Below are positions 53,671-64,000 of a DNA stretch of 64,000 nucleotides, in pieces; position 1 is the first letter of the stretch; every line of letters begins with the position of its first letter. Position numbers and translations under genes: made by a program. A model generated the notes under the pieces. That model searched no databases. It was not told where the DNA came from and saw nothing but the letters and a program-made list of their open reading frames with translations. Location: the NCBI RefSeq assembly GCF_009914755.1, contig NC_060925.1, one strand, 5' to 3'. The DNA is from the human T2T-CHM13v2.0 reference genome, Homo sapiens.

Positions 53671-55819
53671 ATAATCGTACTGACTCCCTCCCCATCACCC
53701 CCACCCAGGCCTGTGCATTCTGGGCGATTCCCGTGGCCATCCGCACAGATCTGCAGCCACCGGTGCCCACTGCACTGTCCTCACAGGGGTACCGTGGCTC
53801 CCTCCTGAGAGCCAAGGCACAGATTCTGGAAAGGACTTTACTCCCTGCTCCTGGCTTCTAAGCAACAATAATGCAAATGAACAATCCAGAAGACTTCATT
53901 CTGGGTGTTTTCATATCAACTCGCTAGCCCACATCACAGAAGTAAAAGACATGAGGCAGAGTGAAAGGGACAGAAGATGAAACAGGAAGATGAGATTTCC
54001 ATCCTCAGCTTTCCTGGAAGTTCATCCATTTGTCCATTCAACACACAGACAGTGTGCGCGTCCTCTGTGCCCAGCTCTGCCAGCAGCTGGGGATGTTTCG
54101 TGAAGATGGGAGGATTCAGTCCTGTTGGGGAAACAGCAGTGAAAACCCAGTGTGATGGGCAACAGTGGTGGAGCTGAGGGTGGGGAGTCCAGGGAGGCTG
54201 CTGCCTCGAGTGGGATGGGGTCTGGGATGGGAAAGGCCAGGGCCATTCGCCAGCTAATAGGAGAGGGAGAGCATCCCTGCCAGAGCCTACAGCCTGAGAC
54301 AGACCCCAGGGCAGACAGAAGCCAGGCCTGAGAGTGGCCTCCATGCAGCAAAGCAGGGGGATAAGGACAGAGAGGAGGGAGAGAGATGGCTTGGGACCAG
54401 GAGCCCCTGAGGACTAGGAGGCCCCATAGGTAGGAGCAGCTTTGAGGGGCAGGAGGCTGAGCTTCCAGTGTCTCTGAAGGAGGGGGAGAAGCATCATGAG
54501 TCTTGCACAGTGGAATGACTAGCGTTTCTTGCCCTACCAGTTAAATAGGAGGGCAAGAGAATAATTCTGTCCAAGCATAGGAATGGGTGTGGTATCCTGG
54601 TGAGGAAAAGACCTGAGACAAAAAACCAAAATGATTACAGAAGCCAAGCTAAAGCAGTTAAGTCTCCCTAAATCTTTGTGTCCAGAGACAAAAGGTGTGT
54701 GGCCAAAGAATGGAAATTTAACTAGACAGAAAGCAGTTACCCTTCAAAGGCACACCAGTGACCACAAGACTTCCTTGAGGCTCAGAGGAGATGGTTTTAA
54801 AACAAACCACAGAATACTTGATGTTCCGCCCATGAGAAAGGGAATACCAATGGGAACCCAAAAAGATTCCAGAGATGCTAAGATTTCTGGATGGGGGGAA
54901 GGGAAGTCCGTGATACAGACATTTGGGTAAATCCCTAATTTTCCAGGGTCAACATCTTGGAAGACAATTTCCACAGGCTTCTCAACCAGGTTTCTCATCT
55001 GGACTGCTGACACAAAAATGATGTAAGTGACTATTTTCTCAATTGTCCCAAATAGCTAGAACCATTCTGGATGCAAAGGAGAGAAGTTGATTCATCGCAA
55101 CAACAGATGCTGTCGGCCCTTCGGGCTGAATTCCCGGGACCCACATCTCATCCTGCTTGTCAAACCTCTTGATTCAGTGAATCCCTGGTTCATTCAGAAA
55201 ACAAAACTCATCACTTTCAAAGCCAAAGAATCATCATGAGGAAGCTTCATGTAAATTTCCAAAATGTAAAAGAAAATATTCCAAGAGCACTGGTCTTCGA
55301 AACAGACCGCGGAGGGTTAAAAGCCAAGGCCTCCTCCCACAAATAAAAGAAACCCAAAATGTTCTACCTGTTTTATCTAAACAACGACGCAATAAACAGC
55401 TTGAAAACTTATCAGGTATTGAGAAATACGTGGTTTATCAAGGAAACCCAAGATAAGAGGAAGGCAGAGAAACAACCGCGGTCAACAAGCAGGGGCTGTG
55501 GCGCCCTGGGGGCTCCGCAGTGGGTTCCTCGGGCTGAGCACTGAACGTCAGCACTGCCTGGGGGAAGCTCGTTGACTACAGCATCTTAGGCCCCACCGAA
55601 GAGAGGTTGGAGATGCAGCCAAGGATGGCATAATTGTAACAAGTTCCCCAGCTGATCCTTATAAAGAGGCAGATTTGGGAACCGCCACTGCCACCCAGCA
55701 CAAATTCAGTCCTGACTCCCTTCCTGGGGCTTCAGAAGGCAGGAGCTCTTCCCAAGGACGCTGCCCAGCTCCACCTGGAGCCAGGTGAGGGTCCAGAGGC
55801 ACAGCGCCCAGCCCTTGTC

Positions 55820-56035
55820 TCACAAATGTACTACATACACATGTGCACACACACACATTAATGTACATATGCATACATGTGTATTCATGTGTATGCACAC
55901 ATGTGCACACATACACATACGTACACACGTGTGCACACATGCATGTACAAATGTACTTCCACACACACGTGCATGTCAGCACACATATGCACACATACAA
56001 ATGCACACGCACACATGCCAGCACACACCATGCAT
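55820..56035. repeat. CA/TA-rich low-complexity tract
   Basis: read directly. Confidence 0.9.
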
Positions 56036-56943
56036 GCCCAGGCACAATCCTCCATTCCTGAGGTGAGGAGGAAGTTGGGGAGTTCTGGCAAAACCATCCG
56101 CCTCCTCACCGGCTTCCTGCCAGGCCAGGGGAAGGGCTCTCTGGTTCTGCGCTCCTTTGGTGATGAGCAACCAGCCCCTTCCCCAGATGAGCCCATGCCT
56201 CACATAAGCCTGGGAGCTCAGGTGGGCTTGCACAGGTGCCCAGGATCAACTTCAACTGCTGCTCTGAGCTGTGCAGGGCCTGATGAGGTCATAGGAGGAT
56301 TGACTGGGGACTGGGGGAAGTGGGCAGCAGGGGCAGTGGGGTCAATGCCCCTCAGAATATCTCTGGCTCCGTCCACAGCAGTGTGGGCCCCACTGATGTG
56401 CCCACCTCTTGCCTGGGCAGGGGGGTGCTTCTGGCTCATGGACACCTTGGAGAACCTCAAGAGTCACCCCATCTCTGTCCCTTTGGTTTCCTGGATGAGG
56501 CAGACAGCATGCCCCTGCACATACCTGTCTGCCCTGAGCCCACTCCTCACCTTCCCACCTGGCCCTGACGGAGGAACAAGCTGAGCTGGAAGCTGCACCT
56601 CAGGCTTTGGAGTCCCTCAAGAGACCTCACCCCTGCTGCAGGTCCCTAGTCCAGGGAAGAGGGATGAGCCCATGGGGCCAACCCAGGCCCCCGCCCCACC
56701 CTACCACCCACTTCCTGATGTGCCCGGTGCTGTTTGGGCCCCAGGGAGGAGGAGGAGCTCCTTGAAAACAGTGGTTACGGCTCCCGTCACCCACGACGTG
56801 GGACTTTGGACAAGTTATGTATGCCTGGCGCCTCACCTGTCTGCTGGGCGCCTCACACCTGCCCACAGGGCCTCCATGAGGATAATGTGAGGAGCTCCAT
56901 GCGCTGCCTGGCACAGGGGGAGCCTCATAATGGGTGAGGTCAT

Positions 56944-57194
56944 TGTAAGAATTAAATAATGGAAACACACACACAACTCTCCCTCTCAAATAAGCACAGC
57001 AAAAAAACACAAAAGCAGTCCAAGCTTCTAATAAACTCTCCCACCCTAAATCCTTAAAAACTCTCAGTCCATAAAAGAGTGCGCTCTGACCTAACTCAGC
57101 CAGCCGCCCCTCTCAGGTTTGTTTAAAATAAACCTGTCCCTGTTGACTGTACAGCCACCCTTCGTGTTTCTCTCCTCTTTCTTTAATTATTACA
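56944..57194 (+). mobile_element. short solo LTR (possibly LTR47-like ERVL) inserted in a MIR-like sequence
   Basis: TG...CA ends, internal AATAAA, TSD GTCAT at 56939-56943 and 57195-57199; family name tentative. Confidence 0.75.
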
Positions 57195-58524
57195 GTCATA
57201 GTCTCTTGCCGGGCAAGACAGGCATGTGTCTTCAGGAAACAACATGTGTGCTGGGTAGTGTGACTTCCCCGAGTGCAGGAGCAGTGACCCAGTCCCCTTC
57301 TCCCCACAGCGCCACCTCAGTCCCTCAGTCACATCTAGGTGGCTTATCTTCAGCAAGGTGTAAACTGGCCACAACCACCAGCCGCTGAGGACCCCTCTCC
57401 CCTCTTGAGAGATGTCAGGGTCCCTTTCCCAGCGCCCCTGGCTGTGCAGCCCTGACGTCCCCGCTCACAGCAGGATGCCCACCACGGCCCCATCAGCCAG
57501 GCTCCTGGCCTTCACCAACCACCCAGCCGGGCTGGCTCTGTGACGTCAGCAGCGAAGAAGACACAGTCCCTGAACGTGGAATCACAACTGAGAGGGAGGG
57601 ACCACTGGCCACGTGGGCTGCCTGTGGCCCCTCAGAGCCCTCAGCACCCGCGGCATTTCCAAGCAAGTCTGGCTATAGCAGTTGGAAGCTATGCTCTGCC
57701 TAGCCCATCGCATGACCCCTGGAGGGGCTGCCCCCTCCTCAGCCAACTCAAGGCAGGCTGGCACCTCCCTCCAAGGCTCCTGCCCTCCAAATCCAAGGAC
57801 ACTGCTTCCTGGGAAGGACAGGACCTGCTCATCCCCTCCCCATGGAGGGGGCTTGAGGAGCCAGGTGTCTAGAAGGGGCTGAGGCTTCTCAAAGCTGGCA
57901 CTGACTCCTCCAGATGAGCTCCCCTCTCTTGCTGCCTCCCCTCAGTGCAGAGGTGCAGGGGTGGTGAGGAGATCACAGGCTCACAGAGAGCCCAGCCGAC
58001 AGCCCCTTCGTCAGCCCCTGCACATTGCGGATCACATCACGGGTGCAGAACATGAAGCTCTGTTCAGGGAGGCATTCCTCGCCTAGCAGCAAAGGCAAGC
58101 CCGTCCCCCAGGTGTGGATGCAGGGTCCTGGGGCAGCCTCCCCGTCTCCCTGCCCATGTGGTCCTAGGCACTGTGCATCCATTTTTGCTACCCACCCTAG
58201 CCCTGGGGAAAGGAGACCTGGACCCAGCCAACGACCACCGTCCCCAAGCCCTGAGGTGGCCCAGGCCTGGGTGCTGGACCCCAGCAAGGCTGGTCCCACC
58301 CTTCCATGAGATCTGCTGTGTCCACACTACCAGCAAGAAGCTCTGCCCCTTTACAGAAGACATCCAGCTCCAGCCCAGCCACAGGGCTCCAAACACTTTT
58401 CTGGAGAAAGTCGGGCCTGCCACGCTCACAGAGCCCAGATCCAGCTCTGAGTGAAGCTGGCTGGGCCTCGACCCTGGGTAACTGGGCCCCAGCGCAGAGT
58501 CTCCATGTGCACCTGGGGGGGTGT

Positions 58525-58716
58525 TCTTTTTTTCTTTCTTTTTCTTTCTTTATTCTTCCCTCCCTCCCTCCCTTCCTCCCTCCCTCCCTTCCTTCTTCCC
58601 TCCCTCCCTCCCTTCCTCCCTCCCTCCCTCCCTTCCTCCCTCCCTCCCTTCCTTCTTCCCTCCCTCCCTTCCTTCCTTCCTCCCTCCCTTCCTTCCTTTC
58701 TCTCTTTCTTTCTTCC
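58525..58716. repeat. polypyrimidine (CCCT/CCTT)n tract
   Basis: read directly. Confidence 0.95.
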
Positions 58717-59007
58717 ATGTATTTATTTAATTTTACTCACGCTACTTTGACCCTTTCAACTGAAAAAAGTCCCAGCCAATCCCCACATCCAAGAGCCGGC
58801 CCTCCTTCCAGGAGCTCCCAGTGCTGACACGGGGGTAGGCCTGATGCTGACTGCATCTGGAATTCAGAGAAGCCAGAGGTCAGAGTGAGCCCCCAGCTCT
58901 GCTTCCAGCTCAGCCCCTCCCTGGACCTCAATTAACCCCAGGCCTGAGCTGAGTTTAGAATCCTGTAGCCTGTCTGAGATTCAGCTTTGATGACCAACTC
59001 AAGCCCC

Positions 59008-59292
59008 CAACACACACGCACGCTCACAGATACAGAGTCACTGGCACAGAGACACACACACGTACACACAAAGAGACACACAGACACACACAGGAAAAGA
59101 CACACAAACTGAGAAAGCGACACAGATACACACAAACACACAGACACACACAGAAATACACACAGACACACACAAGCACGACACATACACAGATACACAG
59201 AAAAAGACATACAGACACACAGACAGACACACAGGAACACAGAGAGACACACACACAGATACACACAGAGACAACACACAGGCACACACACA
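59008..59292. repeat. CA-rich low-complexity tract
   Basis: read directly. Confidence 0.9.
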
Positions 59293-59669
59293 TCTGTGAC
59301 GCTCTGAAGACTCAGGCAGGGCTGTCCGTCACCCAGCACAGCCTCATCCTGCCAACCAGGCTGGACAGGGCCCCTGAGGCCATTGCGGGGGCAGAGCAAG
59401 TTTGCACGGGGAAACCCACGTTCGTTCCCTCATAACGCTGGCTGCAGCATCCCAGGCAAAGGCTTCCCAGGCTGAAGGGGGCTCCGTGCAGGAGGAGGGG
59501 CCCCCACATGCCACCCCACGCCCCACTTTCCTCCCTCTCTCTTCCCACCTGCCACCTCCGGCTCCGCGGCAGGGAGTTCTGGTAACAGCTAGACACACGG
59601 GCAGAAACCCACAAAAAGACTCACACACGTGTGTGTGTATTCCAAGGAAGAAGTGAAAGCTCTGCTCCC

Positions 59670-59683
59670 GTTGCCATGGCAAC
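59670..59683. promoter_or_regulatory. perfect palindromic RFX X-box GTTGCCATGGCAAC
   Basis: Exact match to the RFX consensus, in non-repeat sequence. Confidence 0.6.
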
Positions 59684-59849
59684 CCCACCCGGAGCTACAG
59701 CAAGAGCTTTAATTGGCAGTACTTATTTGGCTGAAACCCCAAGAATAATCAACAGGAGATTAGAAACATTAAAAACCAGCAGGAGCATCCTGGAGAAGAC
59801 GATGACAGACAGGACGATCCCCCTGAAAACTCTATTGATGACAGTAATG

Positions 59850-60050
59850 ACAATTGTACGGTTTATTGCGTGACCGTGTCACGCCAGCCTGTGCTAAGTT
59901 CTTTGCATGTGTTATTTCGTTGGATCCTTCCAACAGCCCTTTGATCATTTCTCCCATTTTGCAGATGGAAAGTTCTCTGAGGCTCAGAGAGGTAAAGGAA
60001 GTGGCCCAAGGCCACACAGGATTTAAAGACTGCTTGGAATGACTCCGAAC
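59850..60050 (-). mobile_element. MIR
   Basis: CCCATTTTGCAGATGGAAA...TGAGGCTCAGAGAGGTAAAG...GCCCAAGGCCACACAG. Confidence 0.85.
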
Positions 60051-61879
60051 GCCACCTTGGTCATGACGGTCATGAGCACTGAGCTTTGCCTGGGGTCCCC
60101 CAGAAGGCACCAGCGTCAGCAACTGGGACCCCTGTAGCTCTTCCAAGGCAGCTGACACCCCCTATGCCCCCAGTGGCTAAAGACCACAGCTCAGCCAGCC
60201 AGAGGGCCTGGCCAGGGTTGACCTCCAAGACACCAGCCAATGCCTGCGTCCAGGTTGCTGCCAGCTTTACCCCTCAGAACTCCCGTCCCTGCCGCTCCTC
60301 CGGCCACAGCATCCACCCTGCAACCCGCCATGGGCCTGCTGACCCCTGGTGGCAGCCATGGGGCATGGCACCAAGACGTGGACTTAACTCCCAGACCCTA
60401 AGGAGGAGGGCGCTGGTCCAGGAGCTCCCCATGCTTGGGAGAGCCCCTGCGAAGGGTTCTGGGGGGGGCCAGAGCCAGGCAGGCAGGGCAGCGTGGCCAG
60501 CACCCAGCACCTTTTGCAGGCGCTCAGAAGGGAAGAGGGGGCTCCGGGAAAGGCTGCCCTGTAGTTGCTCCCTTTTCTGCTCAGGCAGCAGCTGACAGGG
60601 GAGGCCAGTTAGCACCAGGGATCCTCTGGCCATGACAGTCCTGCCACCAACGACAAGCAAGTGAATGAGGACTGTCCTGCCCAGAGCCCAGCCAATCGGC
60701 ACTGCAGACAAGGGACGCTGACCTGGACTGGGTCCCTGGCCAGGTCCTAGACCTGGAAGGGCTCTGCCATCCCATTCACAGCCCCCAGGCCACTGATGGC
60801 AGCACCTGGACCTTGGACCCTGGACCCTGAGCCCTGGTCTCAATCATGACGTCTGTGCCGGTGCTGTCTGAGCGTGGCTCCCCGGGGAGCCAACATCGCA
60901 CCAAGTGCCAGGACCTCCGGCTTTGTCTGTTGCATGATTTCTGGGAGCAAACAGCCTGCAGCCGCTGATCAGCAGCCATTGGACAGGCACGGAGCAGACC
61001 CCACCACGACGGCAGCAGCAAGTGGGCTTCCCAGGCTTCCCAGGCTTCCCAAACGTGTATCCACTAAACAATTTAAATTGCCTTTTTTTTTAAGCAACTG
61101 GCATTTACTCTGTTGGCATCTTATTAAACTTCCCCCTCTTGAGCTCCTCAAATATGCAAGTCACTGTCATTCCAAATAAGGGGACTAACAGTTGAAATGG
61201 TGAGGCAGCGGTGTGCACTGTGACCCGCCTTCCCGGGAAAGTCAGAGCACAGAAGCGGGGTGAGGACCGCACCTGCCAAGCTGCCGGTCAGGAGCACACC
61301 AGGTGCAGCAGCCGGCTTGCTCCTCTGCCTCCCTGAGCGGCAGCCCAGACCTGAGCCAGCAGAGGAGCTCGGGGTGGATCTGTGCAGGGCTCAGCAGGAC
61401 CACGCTGCCCACCTGGTGCTGGGGCTGAGTAGTTCCAGTGTGGGGCCAAGGCCCCTGCTGGAGGAAGCCATGGGCCATGATCTTCCACAGGGTTCTAAGA
61501 CCACATGGGGTAACATCAGCAGGGAACTCTGAGGAGACCAGAGACATCTGAGGAGGCCACTCCCTTACCCAGATGTGAGGAGCCAGGGCCACCTCTGCCA
61601 CGGGCCTGCCTTTAGGAAGCAGCACTCAGTGACCCAGTGAATTGGATGGGGACCAAGGGCTCCCTCTGCCCCTTCTCACATCCCTAACAGAGAAGTCAGG
61701 TAACCTGACACAGCCTGTCCCCTCTCACTGGCCTGTGTGCAATCCAGGGGGCACAGAGAAAGAAGAACCAAAGGCTCTGGGGCTCAGAAAGCTTCAAGCC
61801 CCTATGCAGGCCTGGAAGTGCCAAGGCAGAGCCTCTTCTCCAAGCAAGTGCAGAGAAGGCTGTGCAATAGACTGACAGC

Positions 61880-62292
61880 AGGAAGGGAGGAAGGAGGGGG
61901 GAGGAGGGAGGAGGGCAGAAAGGGAGGGAGGAAGAACGGTAGGAGGGAAAGAGGACAAAAGGGAGGGAGGGAGGAGGAGAGGAAGGGAGGAGCAGAGGGA
62001 GGGAGGAAGAGAGGGAGGGAGGAGAGGGAGGGAGGAGGAGAGGGAGGAAGGAGAGGGAGAGAGAGGGAGAAAGAGAGGAGGAAGAAGGAGATGGAGGAGG
62101 GAGAAAGGAAGGGAGGGAGAAAGGGAGGAGGGAGGGAGGGAAGGAAGGAGGGAGGGAGAGAGAAAGGAGAAAGAGGGAGGAAGGGAGGGAGGAATGGAGG
62201 GAGGGAGGAGGGAGGGAGGAGGGAGAAGGGAAAGGGGAGGGAGGCAGGAGGGAGAAAGGAAGGGAGGGAGAAAGGGAGAGGGAGGAGGGAAG
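61880..62292. repeat. long polypurine G/A tract
   Basis: read directly. Confidence 0.95.
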
Positions 62293-62299
62293 CAAATGG

Positions 62300-62510
62300 G
62301 CGTTGGAGTCAGAAGAGCCTGGAGTAAACCTAGCCCTGCTGTCTACAAGTCGTACCACTTTGGGCAGGTTCCTTACCTCTGGCCTCCCTTTCCCCACATG
62401 TAAAATGGGCTCGGTAGCAGCTCTTCCCTGGCAGGGCTGTTGGGGAACGAAGCGGGGCTGTGTGACATCAAGTGCTCAGCACAGCGCCTAGCACAGCGCT
62501 CAACAGTTAC
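62300..62510 (+). mobile_element. MIR
   Basis: TTGGAGTCAGA...TTGGGCAGGTTCCTTACCTCT...TTCCCCACATGTAAAATGGG. Confidence 0.8.
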
Positions 62511-63724
62511 TCCCTTCCTGCTCGGTGTCCATTCAGGGCCCCCCTTTCCCCTCCAGGTGATGCGTGCTCAGCGGGTGAGGCCTGTGAACCCCTGGGGACC
62601 TAGAGAGGCCAGACAGTGTTCACAGGACCCCGGAATACTGAGCGAGAGGCTACAGTGTCCTGGAGAGCCAAGGGCCAGGGCCAGAATCACTCGTGCTGGG
62701 GAGAGCTCCCTGTGCACGCTGAAGACAAGGGAGCGTGCAGTTGGCCCTGGGCTCACATGCTAGTCCCCAAGTGGCAAGTCTTCCAAATGCAGCAAAGTCC
62801 CCTATGTGGCCAGAAAGTCCCCAACAGCACAGCACTAAGGAGCTCAGAACCTGAACCCGAGGACCGTTCGCCCCTCGAGGTGGATGAATGACTCCCATGG
62901 GCAGAAGACCAAGTGGGAGCCTCTGGGAGTCTGTCCGTGGAGTCCTGGGCTGATCCGCAGGGCCGTCGATTCTGTCTGATGCCTGCAGAGAGGGGCCTGG
63001 GCAAGATCCATGTTCTTGAGCAATGGACATTGTCCTCTCTGGCTCCAGCAGTGCCCTCGCCCAGCCCCAGCAAGACTCACAACTGCAGTGTGGACAGAGA
63101 TAATAGCTGCGGTTCACGGAGGGCTGCAGCCACCTCACTTCATCCTCCATGAAGCCCACGTGAGCCGGCAGCACTGGGGTTCATATTGGCCCTTTCTTAC
63201 AGATGAGAACATGATCGCCACTGGGAATTCAAACAACTGCCCAGCCCTGCACCTTCAGGAGCAACTGCCCCATGGTGCAAACTCAGACCCTCCTCAGCCC
63301 AGCGTCTCTGGCCTTTGCCTGGGAGAAGGGCCTCGGGTACTCCCAGTCCTGCAGGCTGGGGCTGTCCTCCAGCAAAACCAATTACTGGGAGACGTCTCTG
63401 GACCTGGGATGGGCACTGCCAGGAGGGAAGGCGGGGGCCGCCAGCAGGAACACGGAGCTGCCAATGCACCAGGATTGGGACAGGGTGCCAGGGGCCAGTC
63501 CCTCCCTCCCATGGTGTCCTGGGCCCCTGCCACAGCAACCAATGTCCATCAAGCCGAGCACAAACACCACGTGGGTGGGGACGTCACAGGCCCAAAAGCT
63601 CCCGAATCCACGGGAGGAAGGAGTGGACCCCACACAGCCCATCAATGTGCCGGCCCCTCAGGGCACAGCCTCATGGCTCAGTCACTCAGCCCAAGGTACG
63701 GCAGCTGGGCACCTAACAACACTC

Positions 63725-63850
63725 CATGGGCATTTATTGAGCACCTGTGGTATGCCAGGTGCATGCGTCAGAGGGAGCCATGAATAGCACAGACTAGATC
63801 CCTGCCTTCCAGGGGCTCCTGGCCCTGGAGGAGATGCACAGTGAAGAGAA
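63725..63850 (-). mobile_element. L2 3' fragment
   Basis: CATTTATTGAGCACCTGTGGTATGCCAGG...TCCCTGCCTTC. Confidence 0.7.
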
Positions 63851-64000
63851 GAGGAAGAGATGAGGAGAGCAACGACCCACAGAAAGGGTAGGGCAACAAC
63901 CCCAGAGAGAGGGCAGTGCCGCTCTCAGTACGTGGAGAGACAAAGAGATGGGAGACAGAGAGACAGACAGACAGAGAGAGATGGAGAGACACAAAGAGAC

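Noticed and set aside
61696-62397. Long Pro/Ser-rich and Gly/Arg/Glu-rich ORFs (also near 16.1, 25.1, 51.5 and 58.3 kb)
   Set aside because: Translations of simple repeats.
63010-63783. Longest ORF (257 aa) and overlapping frames
   Set aside because: No recognisable domain, non-ATG start, ends within an L2 fragment; several frames open on both strands as expected in GC-rich DNA.

Overview
Moderately GC-rich, repeat-dense, apparently non-coding primate DNA. AluY plus L1PA2/L1PA3-type elements point to human or another great ape; the locus itself cannot be identified from sequence alone. I see no credible protein-coding exon or RNA gene. The listed ORFs are chance frames, low-complexity or VNTR read-throughs, Alu frames or L1 ORF2 remnants. 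The window holds Alu, L1, L2, MIR, MaLR/ERVL LTRs, hAT/Tigger/mariner relics, several minisatellites and long simple repeats. Subfamily names are recognised from memory, not searched. The notable signals are structural: (1) a chimeric solo LTR (MLT2A/HERV-L 5' end fused to THE1) bounded by one 5-bp TSD, suggesting ERVL x MaLR recombination; (2) an L1PA3-type insertion bridged at its 5' end by a 237-bp inverted copy of local DNA; (3) two locally templated insertions within 2 kb; (4) a young twin-primed L1 carrying a 3' micro-transduction; (5) a tandem M-box array and several palindromic RFX X-boxes. None is a new gene system; the chimeric LTR is the best candidate for something undescribed.
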